A stretch of 64,000 nucleotides of DNA from Basidiobolus ranarum. Taxonomy: Eukaryota. The translations under genes and the position numbers were made by a program. The stretch covers positions 1 to 64,000 of the forward strand of contig JASJQH010000001.1 in NCBI GenBank assembly GCA_040143965.1. The letters run 5' to 3'. The stretch's first letter is position 1, and every line of letters begins with the position of its first letter. This document shows, in pieces, positions 23,211 through 39,896 of this stretch. The notes under the pieces are model-generated. The model was given only the letters and a program-made list of their open reading frames with translations. It made no database searches and had not been told where the DNA came from.

Positions 23211-25593
23211 ATGAACGATAAGGACAACCTTTTACACGGATACACTAGTTATTCTAGTCATCCCATGCAATCTCAATTCCTTTACAGCAATGGTAGTCCG
23301 ATTCGCTCTTCAAATCATACCCCTTCACCATCTACATCTCCAAGTCCGGCTTTGAACTCTTATAACGGCTCTAGTCAGTTATATTCTAGTATGCTGCCAA
23401 GATATCCTGGTCAAATGAATTTGCAGCAAAACTCGCTACTAAATCCTGGAATTGCAACCTCACTTTCTTTAAATCAACATTCTCAATCTTTGACCTCCCA
23501 AACATCTAGTAATAATAATATGCTTAGTATGGTATCTTCTTTGCCAACGGCAACTACTCCTCACCATCAACATCAGATCAATTATCTTCAAATCTCTCGC
23601 CAATCAGCTAGCTCTCATCATCATGCACGAACTGCCGCGGCCTTGTCCCGTTCAGCGGCACATAGTAATCCTATAACTATTACTGATCCCAATAACCCCT
23701 CAGTAGCGATAAATGGATTAACTAAAAAAACTGAAGAAAAACATGGTAAAAATGGAACATCAGGTCACCAGTGGACAGTGCTAGATATCGGTGGAATGGG
23801 ATTAAAAAATTTGGGCTTAGAGTTATTCAGTTATCAGTTTTTGACAACTTTATACTTAAATCACAATAATCTTACTTTTCTAACGCCTGAAATCCGCCGG
23901 TTAAGAAGCCTCACGCATTTGGACATCTCTGGCAACAAATTAACCTCTATTCCTGCCGAGCTTGGATTTTTGATTAATTTAAAAGAGTTGTTTATGTTCG
24001 ACAACCTACTAGAGACTTTACCACCACAGCTTGGTACTTTGTATCAATTAGAGAATCTTGGTTTAGAGGGAAATCCTATTAAAGAGCCACTTATGTCAAT
24101 TTTGTACAAGGATGGTATCTCGGAATTAATCGCTTATCTTCGAGATAATTGTCCAGGTATGATATCATTTCAAGAAATCGACACAATAACCAGAACAAAT
24201 AATAACTCTCCCCTCCAGCTCCACCACCACCTCCCGAGAGGGAATGGCTTACTTTTGAAAGTGAGAAAAATGAGGCAGGAGATCAAGATAGCAATGGTAA
24301 AGACATATCTATAGCTCTGTTACCAAGACCAGCATCTAATGCTTACATATCATTTTTCATGCTAGATATATTCACTATCTTGACGTATAACATCCTAAGT
24401 GAAAAATACGCCACATCTCAACAGTATGGATACACGCCTTCCTGGGCTCTGGAATGGGAGTACCGGAAAGATCTAATTTTACAAGAAATCTTATCTTACA
24501 ACCCGGATATTCTCTGTTTACAGGCATGTAGCTATCATCTTGTAATTGGATAGCCATTGAATTGTATGAAAATAACATTTTGCGAAATTAGGAAGTAGAA
24601 GCTTCACAATATCAGGAATTCTTTCACGAACAGTTAAAGCAGGCAGATTATGACGGTGTGTTCTGGGTTAAAAGTAGAGCGAAGACTATGAGTGAATGGG
24701 AGCGTAAATCCGTCGACGGTTGTGCTACATTCTTTAAATCTTCGATGTAAGTGTACTGTTTAGCAGAGGTCAGGAGTTAGTATAGTAACGTTGTTTTCCT
24801 CACAGGTTCAAGCTTCTGGACAAAAATATCGTTGAGTTCACTCAAGTAGCCATGCAACACCCAGATTTTGAAAAGACGGAAGATTTCTTTAATCGATTCA
24901 TGACCAAAGATAACATCTCGGGCTTAGCTTTGTTGGAAACAAAGGACAGCAAGCAACAGTTACTCGTAGCTAATGCACATATTCATTGGGATCCAGCATT
25001 CGCTGATGTTAAATTAATCCAAGTTGGCATGCTTATGAACGAAATCACTCGTTGCGGTAATGAGTGGATAAGGAGCTACCGTCTGGGCTATAAAGACATC
25101 AGTAAACTCCCTATTCTCTTATGTGGTGATTTCAACTCTCTGCCTACCTCTGGTGTGTGCGAGTTTCTATCTAGAGGGTCGGTGACCGCTGACCATGAAG
25201 ACTTGTGTGAACACAATTATGGTACATTCACTTCTAAGGGATTGGCCCATAAAGTCCCTCTACGTAGTGCCTATTCACAAATCGGTGAATTACCTTTTAC
25301 GAACTTCACAGCTCATTTCACTGGAGCCATTGACTATATCTGGTACAACACCGGGATGTTGAATGTTAACGGGCTACTTGGCGGACTGGATGGAGAGTAC
25401 ATCTCGAGAAATGTTGGCTTTCCAAACGCTCAAAACCCATCAGAGTAACTGAAAATTTTAATATCAAATTGGAAATTGTTCTACTGACTAACATGGTTCT
25501 TTATTTAGCCACATCTGCTTACTTTCAGAATTCAAATTCAAATCTCCCCAAACTGGCCCCACTAATCCGCAGTTTCGAAAGTCCGCAAAATGA
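23211..25593 (+). CDS. CCR4: CCR4 deadenylase (LRR plus EEP nuclease), about 6 exons
   Basis: [15 protein letters not shown], LRRs ([18 protein letters not shown]), [40 protein letters not shown]. Confidence 0.95.
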
Positions 25594-26154
25594 TTCTTAT
25601 AGAATACACTCTAATTTGCCCAGCTTTCCCCAATCCAGTTCGTTCATTGAATACAAAGAGATCCAAGGACGAAGGCTTTCACACCTTATAGGCCGTGAAA
25701 GGCCCTCCCATCTCTTGATATTTTTCCTTGAGGAGCTCGTACCATCCATGTCACACCCACTTTTATTGATTTATTTTTACCTGAAATCCTTTCACTCTTT
25801 CCAATTAGTATTTCCATTCCACACTACATGTCTCTTTTATTCAGTCTTCTCATTTATTATTCACCCTTATATCTTCCTCTCCTGGTGTAAATAAGCATCG
25901 AATTCCCTAACTTTAGTGCAACTCTTTTCTATAAACAGAAATGGTTTTATTGTGTTAGACTTGATATCCATGGCAGATGGTGGAGGTGTACAGTTTAGCT
26001 ATCTTGAAACTCATGATAGTCGTTTGGCTAGGCTTTATATTAAATATTAGAAATAGATTCGAATATTTCACTTTATTTGGGTTTTGATGAAGAGATAGTG
26101 TTGGAAGATATCACCTAGTTCGATATCATGTATAAACAAACGAGAGGGGTATGT

Positions 26155-28725
<2,571 letters not shown>

Positions 28726-29244
28726 TTAATATATTATAATGATACAGAGTCAACTAGGTATCGGATACGGTTTGGTTCAGTGAGGCTGAGATGTAGAAAC
28801 CGTTTAAGCTCAAGGAGATATAGGCAGTGAAAAGCAGTGTCAAGAAAGAGAGATAAGACGGTCACGCAATGGTCACTCACTTTTCAACTATTATGCGGTT
28901 GTGACAGTGATAGACACGTTATCAATTACATTTAAGTATACTGTATTAATCAAATCGAAATCATTAAGGATCTCATGCCAACTAAGCCCACTCTACATGA
29001 CGAGGAAAGCAAGGATTGGTTCATTGTCGATTGGTACCCTAGTACCGTTACCAACGAGTCTGATGTGATCAGAGCTGAGCAAGTATTTTGCTTCCCCTAA
29101 TCATATTTCCATATATTTTCAGTTAATTGGCAAAACTAAATTTGAAACAAGCTCTGAGTGCACAATATCTTAAATGATTAATACTAATTGCATTTATTCT
29201 TTTCTGGTTTTCTTTACAATCAGAGAGTACAGTGAGTGAATGAG

Positions 29245-30579
<1,335 letters not shown>

Positions 30580-30835
30580 ACTAATCTAAACTAACCCTAT
30601 AAATCACTAAAACCTTGCTTCAAGGAGAAAATAACCTCAAGCTTACGAAGCTGGCTAAGCAGAAAGATGACGTTCTGGAAGAGATTTCTGTTTGATTGGC
30701 TGTATCGAAATGAAAATGGAGATGGAACGATCAAAGATTGTTGTCTATGATCAATTAAGAATTATGGCTAATCTACCCATTTATTCGAAGATCTTCTATA
30801 CAATCATGAATTAATGCTATAATGCCAGCGACCTG

Positions 30836-30847
30836 TTAGGGTTAGGG
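30836..30847. promoter_or_regulatory. Telo-box (TTAGGG)2 in the RPN11/MoaE-like divergent promoter
   Basis: TTAGGGTTAGGG about 95 bp upstream of TATAAAAG (near 30943). Confidence 0.45.
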
Positions 30848-30977
30848 CTAGAGGATAAGAACGAAACCATGGTATTTCTCATCGAACAAGGAGGACATTT
30901 CTGTGTCACTCCAGTGACTATGTTGCTTCTACTTGGATTGACTATAAAAGTACGATGGCAATATAGGTAGAAGGAAA

Positions 30978-31440
30978 ATGAATCATATCAAAGTTTTAGC
31001 AGGAGAGCAATTATTTGTTCCGAGCGAAATTACCGCCCTAGTAAAGGATCCAAAAGCTGGTGCTGTTAGTACATATTCAGGTTTTGTGAGAGCAAAGTCG
31101 GGAGGTTAGTTGATATTTTACACAGCCTCTTCCCAGACTTGTAATTGATTAGCATTTTTCAAAAGGCCAAGACGTAAGTCATGTTTGCTTCCATGGAGAG
31201 CCTGAGGTTATGGAAGCAAGGATGGAGGAGATGGCAAACGAAGCACGTCAAAAATGGGACTTGGTACACGTAGCAATGTACCATCGAATTGGACGTATTC
31301 CAGCAGGAGAAGAGAGTGGAATCATCGCTGTATCTTCACCACACAGAAAGGACTCTATCCAAGCAATAGACTATTTAGTTGATCAAATGAAGCTACGGCT
31401 TCGAGGCAAGAATAATAAACAAGAAACTAGTGAGAATTAG
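30978..31440 (+). CDS. Divergent molybdopterin synthase large subunit (MoaE/MOCS2B)-like protein, 2 exons
   Basis: VKDPKAGAVSTYSGFVR ... YHRIGRIPAGEESGIIAVSSPHRKDSIQAIDYLVDQMK match MoaE. The usual LxYEAY and PxWKxE motifs are absent. Confidence 0.8.
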
Positions 31441-32017
31441 TAACTTGAATGCATTTTAAAATATCCAGATCCTGTTTGAACTTTCTTGGTATACGGGACC
31501 TCTATGGCTTATGCTTTAGTTTTGAATGTGCTATTCTACAAGGTTTATGTACAGGTCGATAAGCACGTTAACTCGAGAGATAAATATTGCTGTGTCACAG
31601 GTTTGTCACATACGAGAGAGATAAAGGGCCATAAGAATTGACGAGTGCATACTTATCATTACTTAACAACACTCGAGCCAATATGAAGTAGCCATACTAC
31701 CTTTCAGTTTAAAACAAACCTTAGAAGCCAATTGGCTGCTGTTGACAAATTGAGTGTGGCATATGGTTTATGTAATCTACTATATGACCAAATGCCAAAT
31801 GCCAAATGCCAAATACCTTTACAGTTGTATCTGACTAATGGTAAGATTTATTTGGATCCTTATATAGTTGCTTGTTACCAGTAGTACTTCGAAATATGTT
31901 CAAAGATAAAAGAAAAGGAATATTCGTCTCATAATCAAGAGAAATATTAAGATAAAATTACAAAACAGCTAGGAGTTTGCTAGATCAATGAAACATAACG
32001 TCATCCGTATCGGGGAT

Positions 32018-32909
32018 TTAACTTGAAGAGTCCTCTAGCTCGGCGGTCATAAAGTTATTAATACGAGGGTAGTTAGCTCTCTCGTCAAGTTGGTTTTGGG
32101 CCCAGACTAACATCTTCAACAAGCCAGGAAGCTTAGGATCTTTCTCTTGGCTCTGTGAGGTTAAAATAGCTGCATTTAGTTCACTGGCTGTCTTCTGGCG
32201 GTGAGTATGGTCCAATAGCTCACCAACTGGTGATTTACTAAGATCTTCAAACGCAAGTAAAGCCATGGTTTGCTCAAGTTCCTGTAACATTTCGGGATTT
32301 TCTTCACCACGAGGTGCCAACTCCTCTTGAGCAAATTCAAGGGCTTCATCGATGTTTCCTTTACGAATCAGTTCGATCAAACGTTGTTGTTGCAAATGGA
32401 AGAACAGTTTAGGATTAGTGTCCAAAATCTAATGTGTGGTAAGAATTAGTTAGATTTTAGTTTGCAATAGTATTCTTATGTATATCTACGGTTATCAGAG
32501 TAATTACAAACCTCGGGATCCAGATCGTTGACTCTTTCTACTGCTTCACCAATATCGCCAGTATGAACAGCATTACGAATGTTCATTCTATCCTCAATCG
32601 AAGCAAGATCAATATTAGGAGAAAGACCACATTCGTGACTGAATTTTTCTGCGGCATCTTTGTAACCCTCTATGACCAAATAGTTCATGACCAATTTATT
32701 CAGATCACTAAATAAAAGTAACGCAATGTCATGAAATGTATATCAAGAAGATACCAATGAACTTTCAATATACGCACTGTTTGTTAACCTGGACCTTACT
32801 CAATCTTTCGGACCATTCATCTTTAGAGATGGACTGTTTATTACTAGAAGTAGTCTATACAAGAAACATTAGTTTGGTAAGAGACAAGTTGCAGTTAGAA
32901 ATATACCAT
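32018..32909 (-). CDS. GID8: GID/CTLH complex subunit Gid8/TWA1, 4 exons
   Basis: ATG-only first exon (32909-32907), LisH LNKLVMNYLVIEGYKDAAEKF, CTLH LFFHLQQQRLIELIR, CRA domain RQKTASELNAAIL. Confidence 0.93.
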
Positions 32910-33522
32910 CGGAGGATTAGTCTTTGCGAGAAGTGTAAATAAGTTTCCAAGAAGTCTAGCTAATATTGGGCTGGTATATGAGGATAAAGGATACAATGAT
33001 TAGCAGCTTTCTGATTGTTGATTAAATATATGAACATTCAGTTACTCGTAAGCTTGTTCTATGTGATACACAAGTCTACATTAGCTTTCATCACCCTTAA
33101 ACTTATTGGAGCTCTACTTAGAACAGCCAATAGGGTTCAATGATGTGTATAATATTGTAAAATTGCAGAGCTTTAGTGATGACACAGCTACATGATATTG
33201 ACAATTTATGTTTAGTCCGAATATCATTCTCAACAACGAGCCTAGATTGCTTAGCTTAAACGTATTTGCTTCTATATATATATATAACTGGAATTAAAAT
33301 GCCAATCAAACAATGTCATTTTCTAGTACAAAATATCAAAGAAAATAATCCTTTGTGAGGGTTGAGTTTGACAGACGGGTAATCCTAACCAAAGCCAGGC
33401 TTAAAGATAACTTGAGTAGTTGGTGTTCCACGGGCGTGATCACCTCACATATCAACAATTCACCTGGTGTGCAATACTAACCTTTCAACTGCAGCTAACC
33501 AAAGAGGCATTGAACGGGCTCT

Positions 33523-35568
33523 ATGGCTCCAAAAAGAAAAAACTATATTAATATACCAGACGAGCAAGACGTACTCCCTTCTCCCTCTATACCACAAATG
33601 ACACAACTCGACGATGCTTCAACTTCGTATTATAGACGTTCAGGTAGTAGACAACCAGCTTCAGAATTACCTTCTCAGATGAACGATGAAAGTGAGACGG
33701 TGTGGGTCGAAACGGAGATTAACAACATGGAGACATTTGAATTTGAAGATAATGAAGCTTCACGACGTAGTACTATGAGCATAGCCGCGGATTTCATGAA
33801 AGTAATAATTTTATATTGCTATAAGTGAATATTGCAAGTTTTATAATTCATATACTCTTTCATACAGAATGGGCTGAAAAAAAAACTCTACCTGTTACTT
33901 GAGGATCCTTCCTCCACTCCAGCTGCATTTATGATCAACGTTTTTGTTTCCTTCATGATAGTGTTAAGTGCTGCTGTTTCTACTGTCGAAACTATCCCTG
34001 CATTTCACTACGCCGGAACCTCGTTATGGTATTTATCATTTTAATTATATACATAGACAACTCTTAATTTACGGTATCAATCAGGTTTAATTTTGAGACT
34101 ACCATTGTGTTCCTCTTTACATTGGAATATCTCTTGAGATTTTATGCTCATTCTGACTCTCGGCAGCAGCTACTTCGGTTTATCTTAGGTAGCTTTATTA
34201 AAAGTATTTTGTATAAGGGATCGGCTCTAACATCTAATAATAGCACCTCTCTCGATAATTGATGTTATTGCTATTGCGCCTTATTATGTCGAGCTAATTC
34301 TTCAGCGTGATACGGTAAGAAATATGTCACCCATTTGTTGGCCTTCACGTTGAGTCGTTGATAACAAGCTGCTATATGTTTTCTAGAGTTACGAATTCCG
34401 TTTTACTATTCTTCGTTTGTTTCGCTTGTTCCGTGCTTTTCGCGTATTCAAATACTCCTCTCTCATTCAGGTATTTTCAGTTTGAGTCTATTTAGTCGGA
34501 AGCCTTAATTAATAATCTTGGTATGATTTAGCTATCCATTGAAGTCATGCTCATTGCCATTAAGAAGAGCTCGGACGCTTTATACGCACTTTTCCTTTTT
34601 TTCATGTTAACCATTATCGTCTTCTCTAGTTTGATTTATTTCGTAGAAAGAGGTATGTTGTGTGGATGACTTTACTCGTGTTCATATTCTAATATGAATG
34701 TGGTAGGTGTTTGGGATGAGGAACAGAAAACGTTTGTCACTTCGAGTGGTGGACCAAGGTAAAGTGAACCAGAGACTGCTGACGGTTAATTCGAGATGAC
34801 GCTCATTCTAAATCTTATCTACAGTAACTTCGACAGCATTCCCGCCTCTTTTTGGTATGTCATTGTAACTTTGACCACGACTGGATATGGTAAGCTTGGG
34901 TGCCGTTCATTTTGTTGATTGAGAGATATATACTGATGGCTATATGTAGGCGACATGGTCCCAGAAACCTTTATTGGCAAACTGATATCTTTCCCCGTCA
35001 TGATGTGTGGTATTTTGGTAAGACCAATAGCCAGAGATGCTCCTCAATATAAACTAAGATGTTGCATCCACAGCTAATCGCTCTCCCCTCTATCATCGTC
35101 GGCCGGCACTTTACCGTGGTGTGGGACTACATGAAGAGACATCGACCAAATCAAAGAGTGAGCTGAGATTTCATTTTGTCGCGAGTATTTTTATTTATGA
35201 TTCTATTACATCAGCTTCCAAATGACCAAGAAAGCAATCAGGACCAGGATCCTCTAGGCCCTGTGGGAAGATACTCCAGTAGGTGTTATTCTGACAACTT
35301 TTCATGTGAGCACTCGTTTGACATATATTTCCTAGTATCTGATCTTACACGCATGGATGCTTTCCGTACTATTACCCCAGACCCCATGGATCCTAATCGT
35401 GATTACTCAGTGCTCGGCAATGACCACCCACATCGTGAGTTGGGTGATCAAGTGCAAGCGTTGATGGAAGTGCAAAGATCCAATCAAGTCATGATTCAAA
35501 AAATCCTCAAACTCTTGGAAGCCCAAAACCTACCTAAAGATGAAGATCCCAATCTGAAAAATGACTGA
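33523..35568 (+). CDS. Voltage-gated K+ channel (6TM, Shaker/Kv-like), about 12 exons
   Basis: Hand-spliced: LYLLLEDPSS..S1, FTLEYLLRF (S2), IIDVIAIAPYYV (S3), LRLFRLFRAFRVFKY (S4), FSSLIYFVE (S5), FDSIPASFWYVIVTLTTTGY|GDMVP (pore), CGIL|LIALPSIIVG (S6). Confidence 0.92.
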
Positions 35569-35890
35569 GGTATCCACAACATACAATCTACATCGCCTGT
35601 ACAACTCTCACGTGTTCTGTTTATTGTTTCCCTTCAACATAGATGATATTTGGGACGTGAGTATGCTCCATCAAATAAAACAATACAACACTACATATAC
35701 TCATAAGCTGACTTATCCCCAACCAGTACCCATAAAATAAAACCAATTCTACAATCCCATGCACCAAGCAAATTGAGCAAAAAATACGAAGAAACCATAG
35801 TTTGTAAAGCTAGTTTTATATAAGCTGTGTGAAAATGCAAGAGACATGACCATGGAAAACAGGAGATTCTAAGAGTTGAAATTAAACTTT

Positions 35891-36149
35891 TCAGTTGGTT
35901 TTTCCTTTTCTGAGTCTTCTTTGCTTGGCCTTAAAAGAAATATCGGATTAATATTCAAGTTATTTGGTAAATTTTTGTTAGTAATGTAGTTACCTTGAGC
36001 ATGGCCTTGAGCTTGGCAGTCTTTCCCTTCTTTCCTATAGCGAACTGACTTTTTTGACGGATTTGCTCGAAAAGTACATTGTTTGAAGCGAAGCTACTTC
36101 TAACGAGAGAGTTGGAAGTAGTAAGGGCACGGCTTAGTAGTCCAAACAT
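35891..36149 (-). CDS. Small basic protein with mitochondrial presequence, 64 aa, 2 exons
   Basis: Exons 36149-35994 and 35929-35891 give MFGLLSRALTTSNSLVRSSFASNNVLFEQIRQKSQFAIGKKGKTAKLKAMLK|AKQRRLRKGKTN*. In-frame GT-AG intron with CTAAC branch site. Confidence 0.7.
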
Positions 36150-36539
36150 CACGGAGAAAACTAGACGGTGAGAGTTTAAACTTGGAGCTGGTCAGACTAG
36201 CTAATTACGTTCTTTTCTTCCAACTATCTAAATTTTCACACTTGGGTGATTTCACTTTTCAGTCAGGTGATTCGAAGATTGTTTAATTGTCTCATAAATT
36301 AACCAGGAAATGCGCAGAATGGCTAAGCCTAATATTGTTAGACTCTTTTGGGTAGCAACAAATCATGAATCAGATCTGGAGACGCTTCATCAAACGGTCC
36401 AATTAGATGTTGTTTGTCAATATAAAAACAAACAAGCTATCTCATATGTGTCTTTGAATATATACCAATTCTCATGATCCAAAGTTTGTTAATTACGTTC
36501 CTCACATTGTTCAGACAATACTTATTTTATTGAACCATC

Positions 36540-38384
36540 ATGGAGGAAGGTATGCATATCGTGGAGAACCGAGTGGCTTCTTTTATTGACGCCAAATTCA
36601 CTTGGCCACATCCTGATACTTTTGGTGTCACACCTTTGAATGTAGTTACAAATCCCTATATTAATTCCAACTACAACTACTTCTTACTAACGTATCATTT
36701 CTATGCCCAATAAGTTGGCTGAAGCAGGATTTTACTTCGATCCTCACCTTTCTGGAGATGATAGTTGCGTTTGTTTCCTTTGTCAAAAGTCTTTAGGCGG
36801 TTGGGAAGCAGAGGATAATCCAAACACCGAGCATATAAGTCACGCGCCTTATTGTGCTTGGGCGAAACTTTTATGCTCACGTATATATGTTACTGGTTCT
36901 AAAATACCGTTAGAGAATTTCGATGAAGATTCTTACCTTCCTACTTCGAGTTTTATGGAGGCTGCACGGGCTGCAACCTTTCAAGAACTCTGGCCTCATG
37001 AGAATAAGAAAGGTTGGCTATGTAATGTTAAAAAGGTACGTCTCAAAATTTCTTACTAACACGTATATACATGGATAAAACACCAGATGAATTATATCTT
37101 GGAATTCTCTTATTTTCCTTGTTAATTCTTAATGATTTGTTGTAGATGGCGAAAGCTGGGTTTCATTACAACCCTACACCGGATTCTGATGATACCGCCT
37201 GTTGTATTTACTGCAACACTACTCTTGATGGTTGGGAGCCACGTGATAGTCCGGTGTAAGTTTCAGTATCATATGTGACAATTGTTATGGATATAATCTT
37301 ATTGTCTTTACGATCACAGCAAAGAGCATCGAAAGAGAGCTCCCACTTGCCCTTTTTTCTCAAAAGATCTCAAGAATACTATAAAGAAAATGGATACTGT
37401 TGTCGAAAAGAAAGCAACGAAGGACATCGTGGCGGAGGTAGTCTCTTTAATGAAAACAATTGCCTTTTTGGATTTTAAATTCATGTTTTTTAGACTATTG
37501 AACCGGAAACGGAAGAATCTTCGAGTGATTCCAGAAAAGTGAAACCTCGAGAAAGCTCTAGTAGTGAGAGCTCTCAGGTTAAAGCGAAACCTAAGAATCA
37601 AAGAGGAAACAAGAAGAAAAAAGAAGCACCAGAGATATCAGCGACTACCATTGTAGAACCAGAACAAAGCGAAGAGTTGCCACCTGTCATACCAGAGCGT
37701 AAAGTACGTGGTGGCCGGAAGAGAAAGGTGGATATGAATGTTGAAGAAATACCTATAGTCAGCAAATCTATCCACGAAGAAGGAGATCAAATGGAGACAG
37801 TTATCCCACAAGCTGATATGAGTAAAGAAGAAGTAGATCAGGAATCTGAGCCAAAGCACAAGAAAACTAAAAATCAAGAGCATTCTGACACTGAAATTCC
37901 AAATTCTGACATACAAGAAACCTGCATAAACCCTAACTTCACCGAACTCATTTCACCAAAATCAGTTAACAAGTACCAGACTACCAGTGAAGAAGCATCC
38001 GATTCGATGGTGCTTGAAAAGCAAGTTCAAGAGAAACAAGAACCAGGCGAGCCGTTATATGAGATGACCCTATCTGCTCCTAATACAAACACCTCTTCAA
38101 TCGAGGCTCCTGTTGACAGGAACGATGAACAAGCCAAGTGCCTGATATCCAATAGCCCCCTCCAACATATGGCCTTACCTTCCTCAGAGGCAACGAAGAA
38201 GGATGAAGAGATTCTATTCGATGGAATACTCAGTGAGGAGGAGCTAAATATGACTGTAGAGCAGTTTATGAGATCACTGATCGACAAGCAAGTTAAGAAG
38301 CTACAGTCAGAAAGTGAAGAAAAGATAGCACAGTTCATGCAGGAAGCGGATAAGATTAAGAATATGATTGGCACTATGGACTAG
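36540..38384 (+). CDS. BIR1: Bir1/Cut17 (survivin-like chromosomal passenger protein) with two BIR domains, about 5 exons
   Basis: RVASF...WPH...LAEAGFY...CFLC...GWE..DNP..EH....P.C; second BIR MAKAGFHY...CIYC..LDGWE..DSP..EH.....CPF; C-terminal MTVEQFM...helix. Confidence 0.88.
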
Positions 38385-38525
38385 TGGTTTATTATCTGCT
38401 CGCAATGAACTTCAATTTTGTATTATTTCAGCATTCTTGTCAATTGTTATAAATAGACTATTTTTTGTAAGATTTTGCTACGTTAACAAAGTATTTTTCA
38501 TAGTGTATCTTCATCTTTCATGGTA

Positions 38526-38610
38526 TATCTTCGTAGTATGTCTTAATTCTTCACACTGAGTATCTTCGTAGTATGTCTTAATTCTTCATACTGAGTATCT
38601 TCCGTAGTAT
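38526..38610. repeat. 35-bp tandem repeat, about 2.4 copies
   Basis: TATCTTCGTAGTATGTCTTAATTCTTCAYACTGAG at 38526 and 38561, partial copy at 38596. Confidence 0.9.
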
Positions 38611-38770
38611 ATCTTCATCAAATCAATAAATTCCCAATGTTTGCTATCATTTAGTAATTGCTTCCCCCAATTTTACTGGCCAGTTAATGTTCAATAGATG
38701 CGATTAAAATTAAGATCGATGAAGAATTTAGTTACTCTATCTAGCTCAAGAGAAGTCTGGTTTACACATC

Positions 38771-39220
38771 ATGTCAGCTAGTCTATCACTTGCGTCTGCT
38801 CTTCAACCTTCTACCTTTCATAGAAACTCTGTTTTGACCTCTGCATCTTTTACAAGGTCCACGACATTTACAGGGACCAGCTTTGAGACATGTGCAATCA
38901 AAACTGGAATAAGTGAATTAGAGGAGATAGAGACTGATAGCGAGGACGATCTTTCCGATACTACATCCAACTCTCCAACCTCCAAAAATACTGTGGTTAT
39001 TAACCAGGTTGAAAACATCACTACGATTGTTCCATTTTACCGCCATCCCCGGCTACTTGCTGTTCTCAAAGTATTCGCATTTAACTTATTCTTACCTTTC
39101 TTAAGTGGAGTATTTATGGGCTTCGGAGAAATCTGCGCTAATGAGGTGACTTTCAAATGGGGTTGGGTTGGTGCTAGAACATTCTCCACTGGGCTTTACT
39201 CCAGTACCAAAGATAAATAA
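38771..39220 (+). CDS. MIM1: Mitochondrial outer-membrane import protein Mim1/Tom13
   Basis: Acidic/Ser-rich N-terminus followed by FNLFLPFLSGVFMGFGEICANE...WGW, matching the Mim1 NL.LPF.NG.M.GFGE..A.E motif. Confidence 0.85.
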   Translation: MSASLSLASALQPSTFHRNSVLTSASFTRSTTFTGTSFETCAIKTGISELEEIETDSEDDLSDTTSNSPTSKNTVVINQVENITTIVPFYRHPRLLAVLKVFAFNLFLPFLSGVFMGFGEICANEVTFKWGWVGARTFSTGLYSSTKDK

Positions 39221-39896
39221 GTGCGTACTCTATGAATACCTCTCATTAAAACCTCCATTATGTTGAATTTTTGTTCTCCAATTAATGATCAGAAGGGTTT
39301 TGCCTTGGTTATGATCCAATTGTATAAAACATTGCATTTGAATTTTCACTTTCTCAAAGAAGTTACGTGTTCATTTCAGTCTGCTAAGACTTTCCAACTC
39401 TAGCCCTTTTAAATCAACAGGAATAAGTATCTTAATTTGTGGATTGTATAAAGTATATCTGAACTCCTTGATATTACTGGTATTCTTTCCACTCAGTTCA
39501 AAGCATCAGTTTTCATGGATTGCACTAAAATCTTAAAATGATGGTAATTTTGCAGTTTAACATGCAAGACAAATATAGAAGGTAACAACGAAAATTCTCT
39601 ACTTTGAAACTCAAGTATAGACCTGTTGCTTGATGAAGTATATAGCATTGCACAGTAGTTGTATGTATTCAACCAACCTCAGAACACAACATTGCAGGGT
39701 GGATCATAGCAGTACTTTGCAGGTAATATATAGCTGAGATGATGATTGCATGTTGCCCAATCAGATATCTTCTTTCTTTACAAGAGTATCCATGATGAAT
39801 ATATGAATTGAGGCAAGTGTTCAGCAACTTTGTACATCGCACATCATTCAAGATCAACATAGATCTTGACATATCGGGAGGTAAGCGTTGCTGATT

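Noticed and set aside
30869-30970. 33-codon ORF upstream of the MoaE-like gene; considered a bicistronic MOCS2A/MoaD partner
   Set aside because: Too short, no C-terminal GG or ubiquitin-like pattern, and it overlaps the likely TATA box.
38526-38610. 35-bp repeat (and the 40-bp repeat at 60219) of CRISPR-like length
   Set aside because: Units are contiguous with no unique spacers, no cas genes are present, and the context is eukaryotic.
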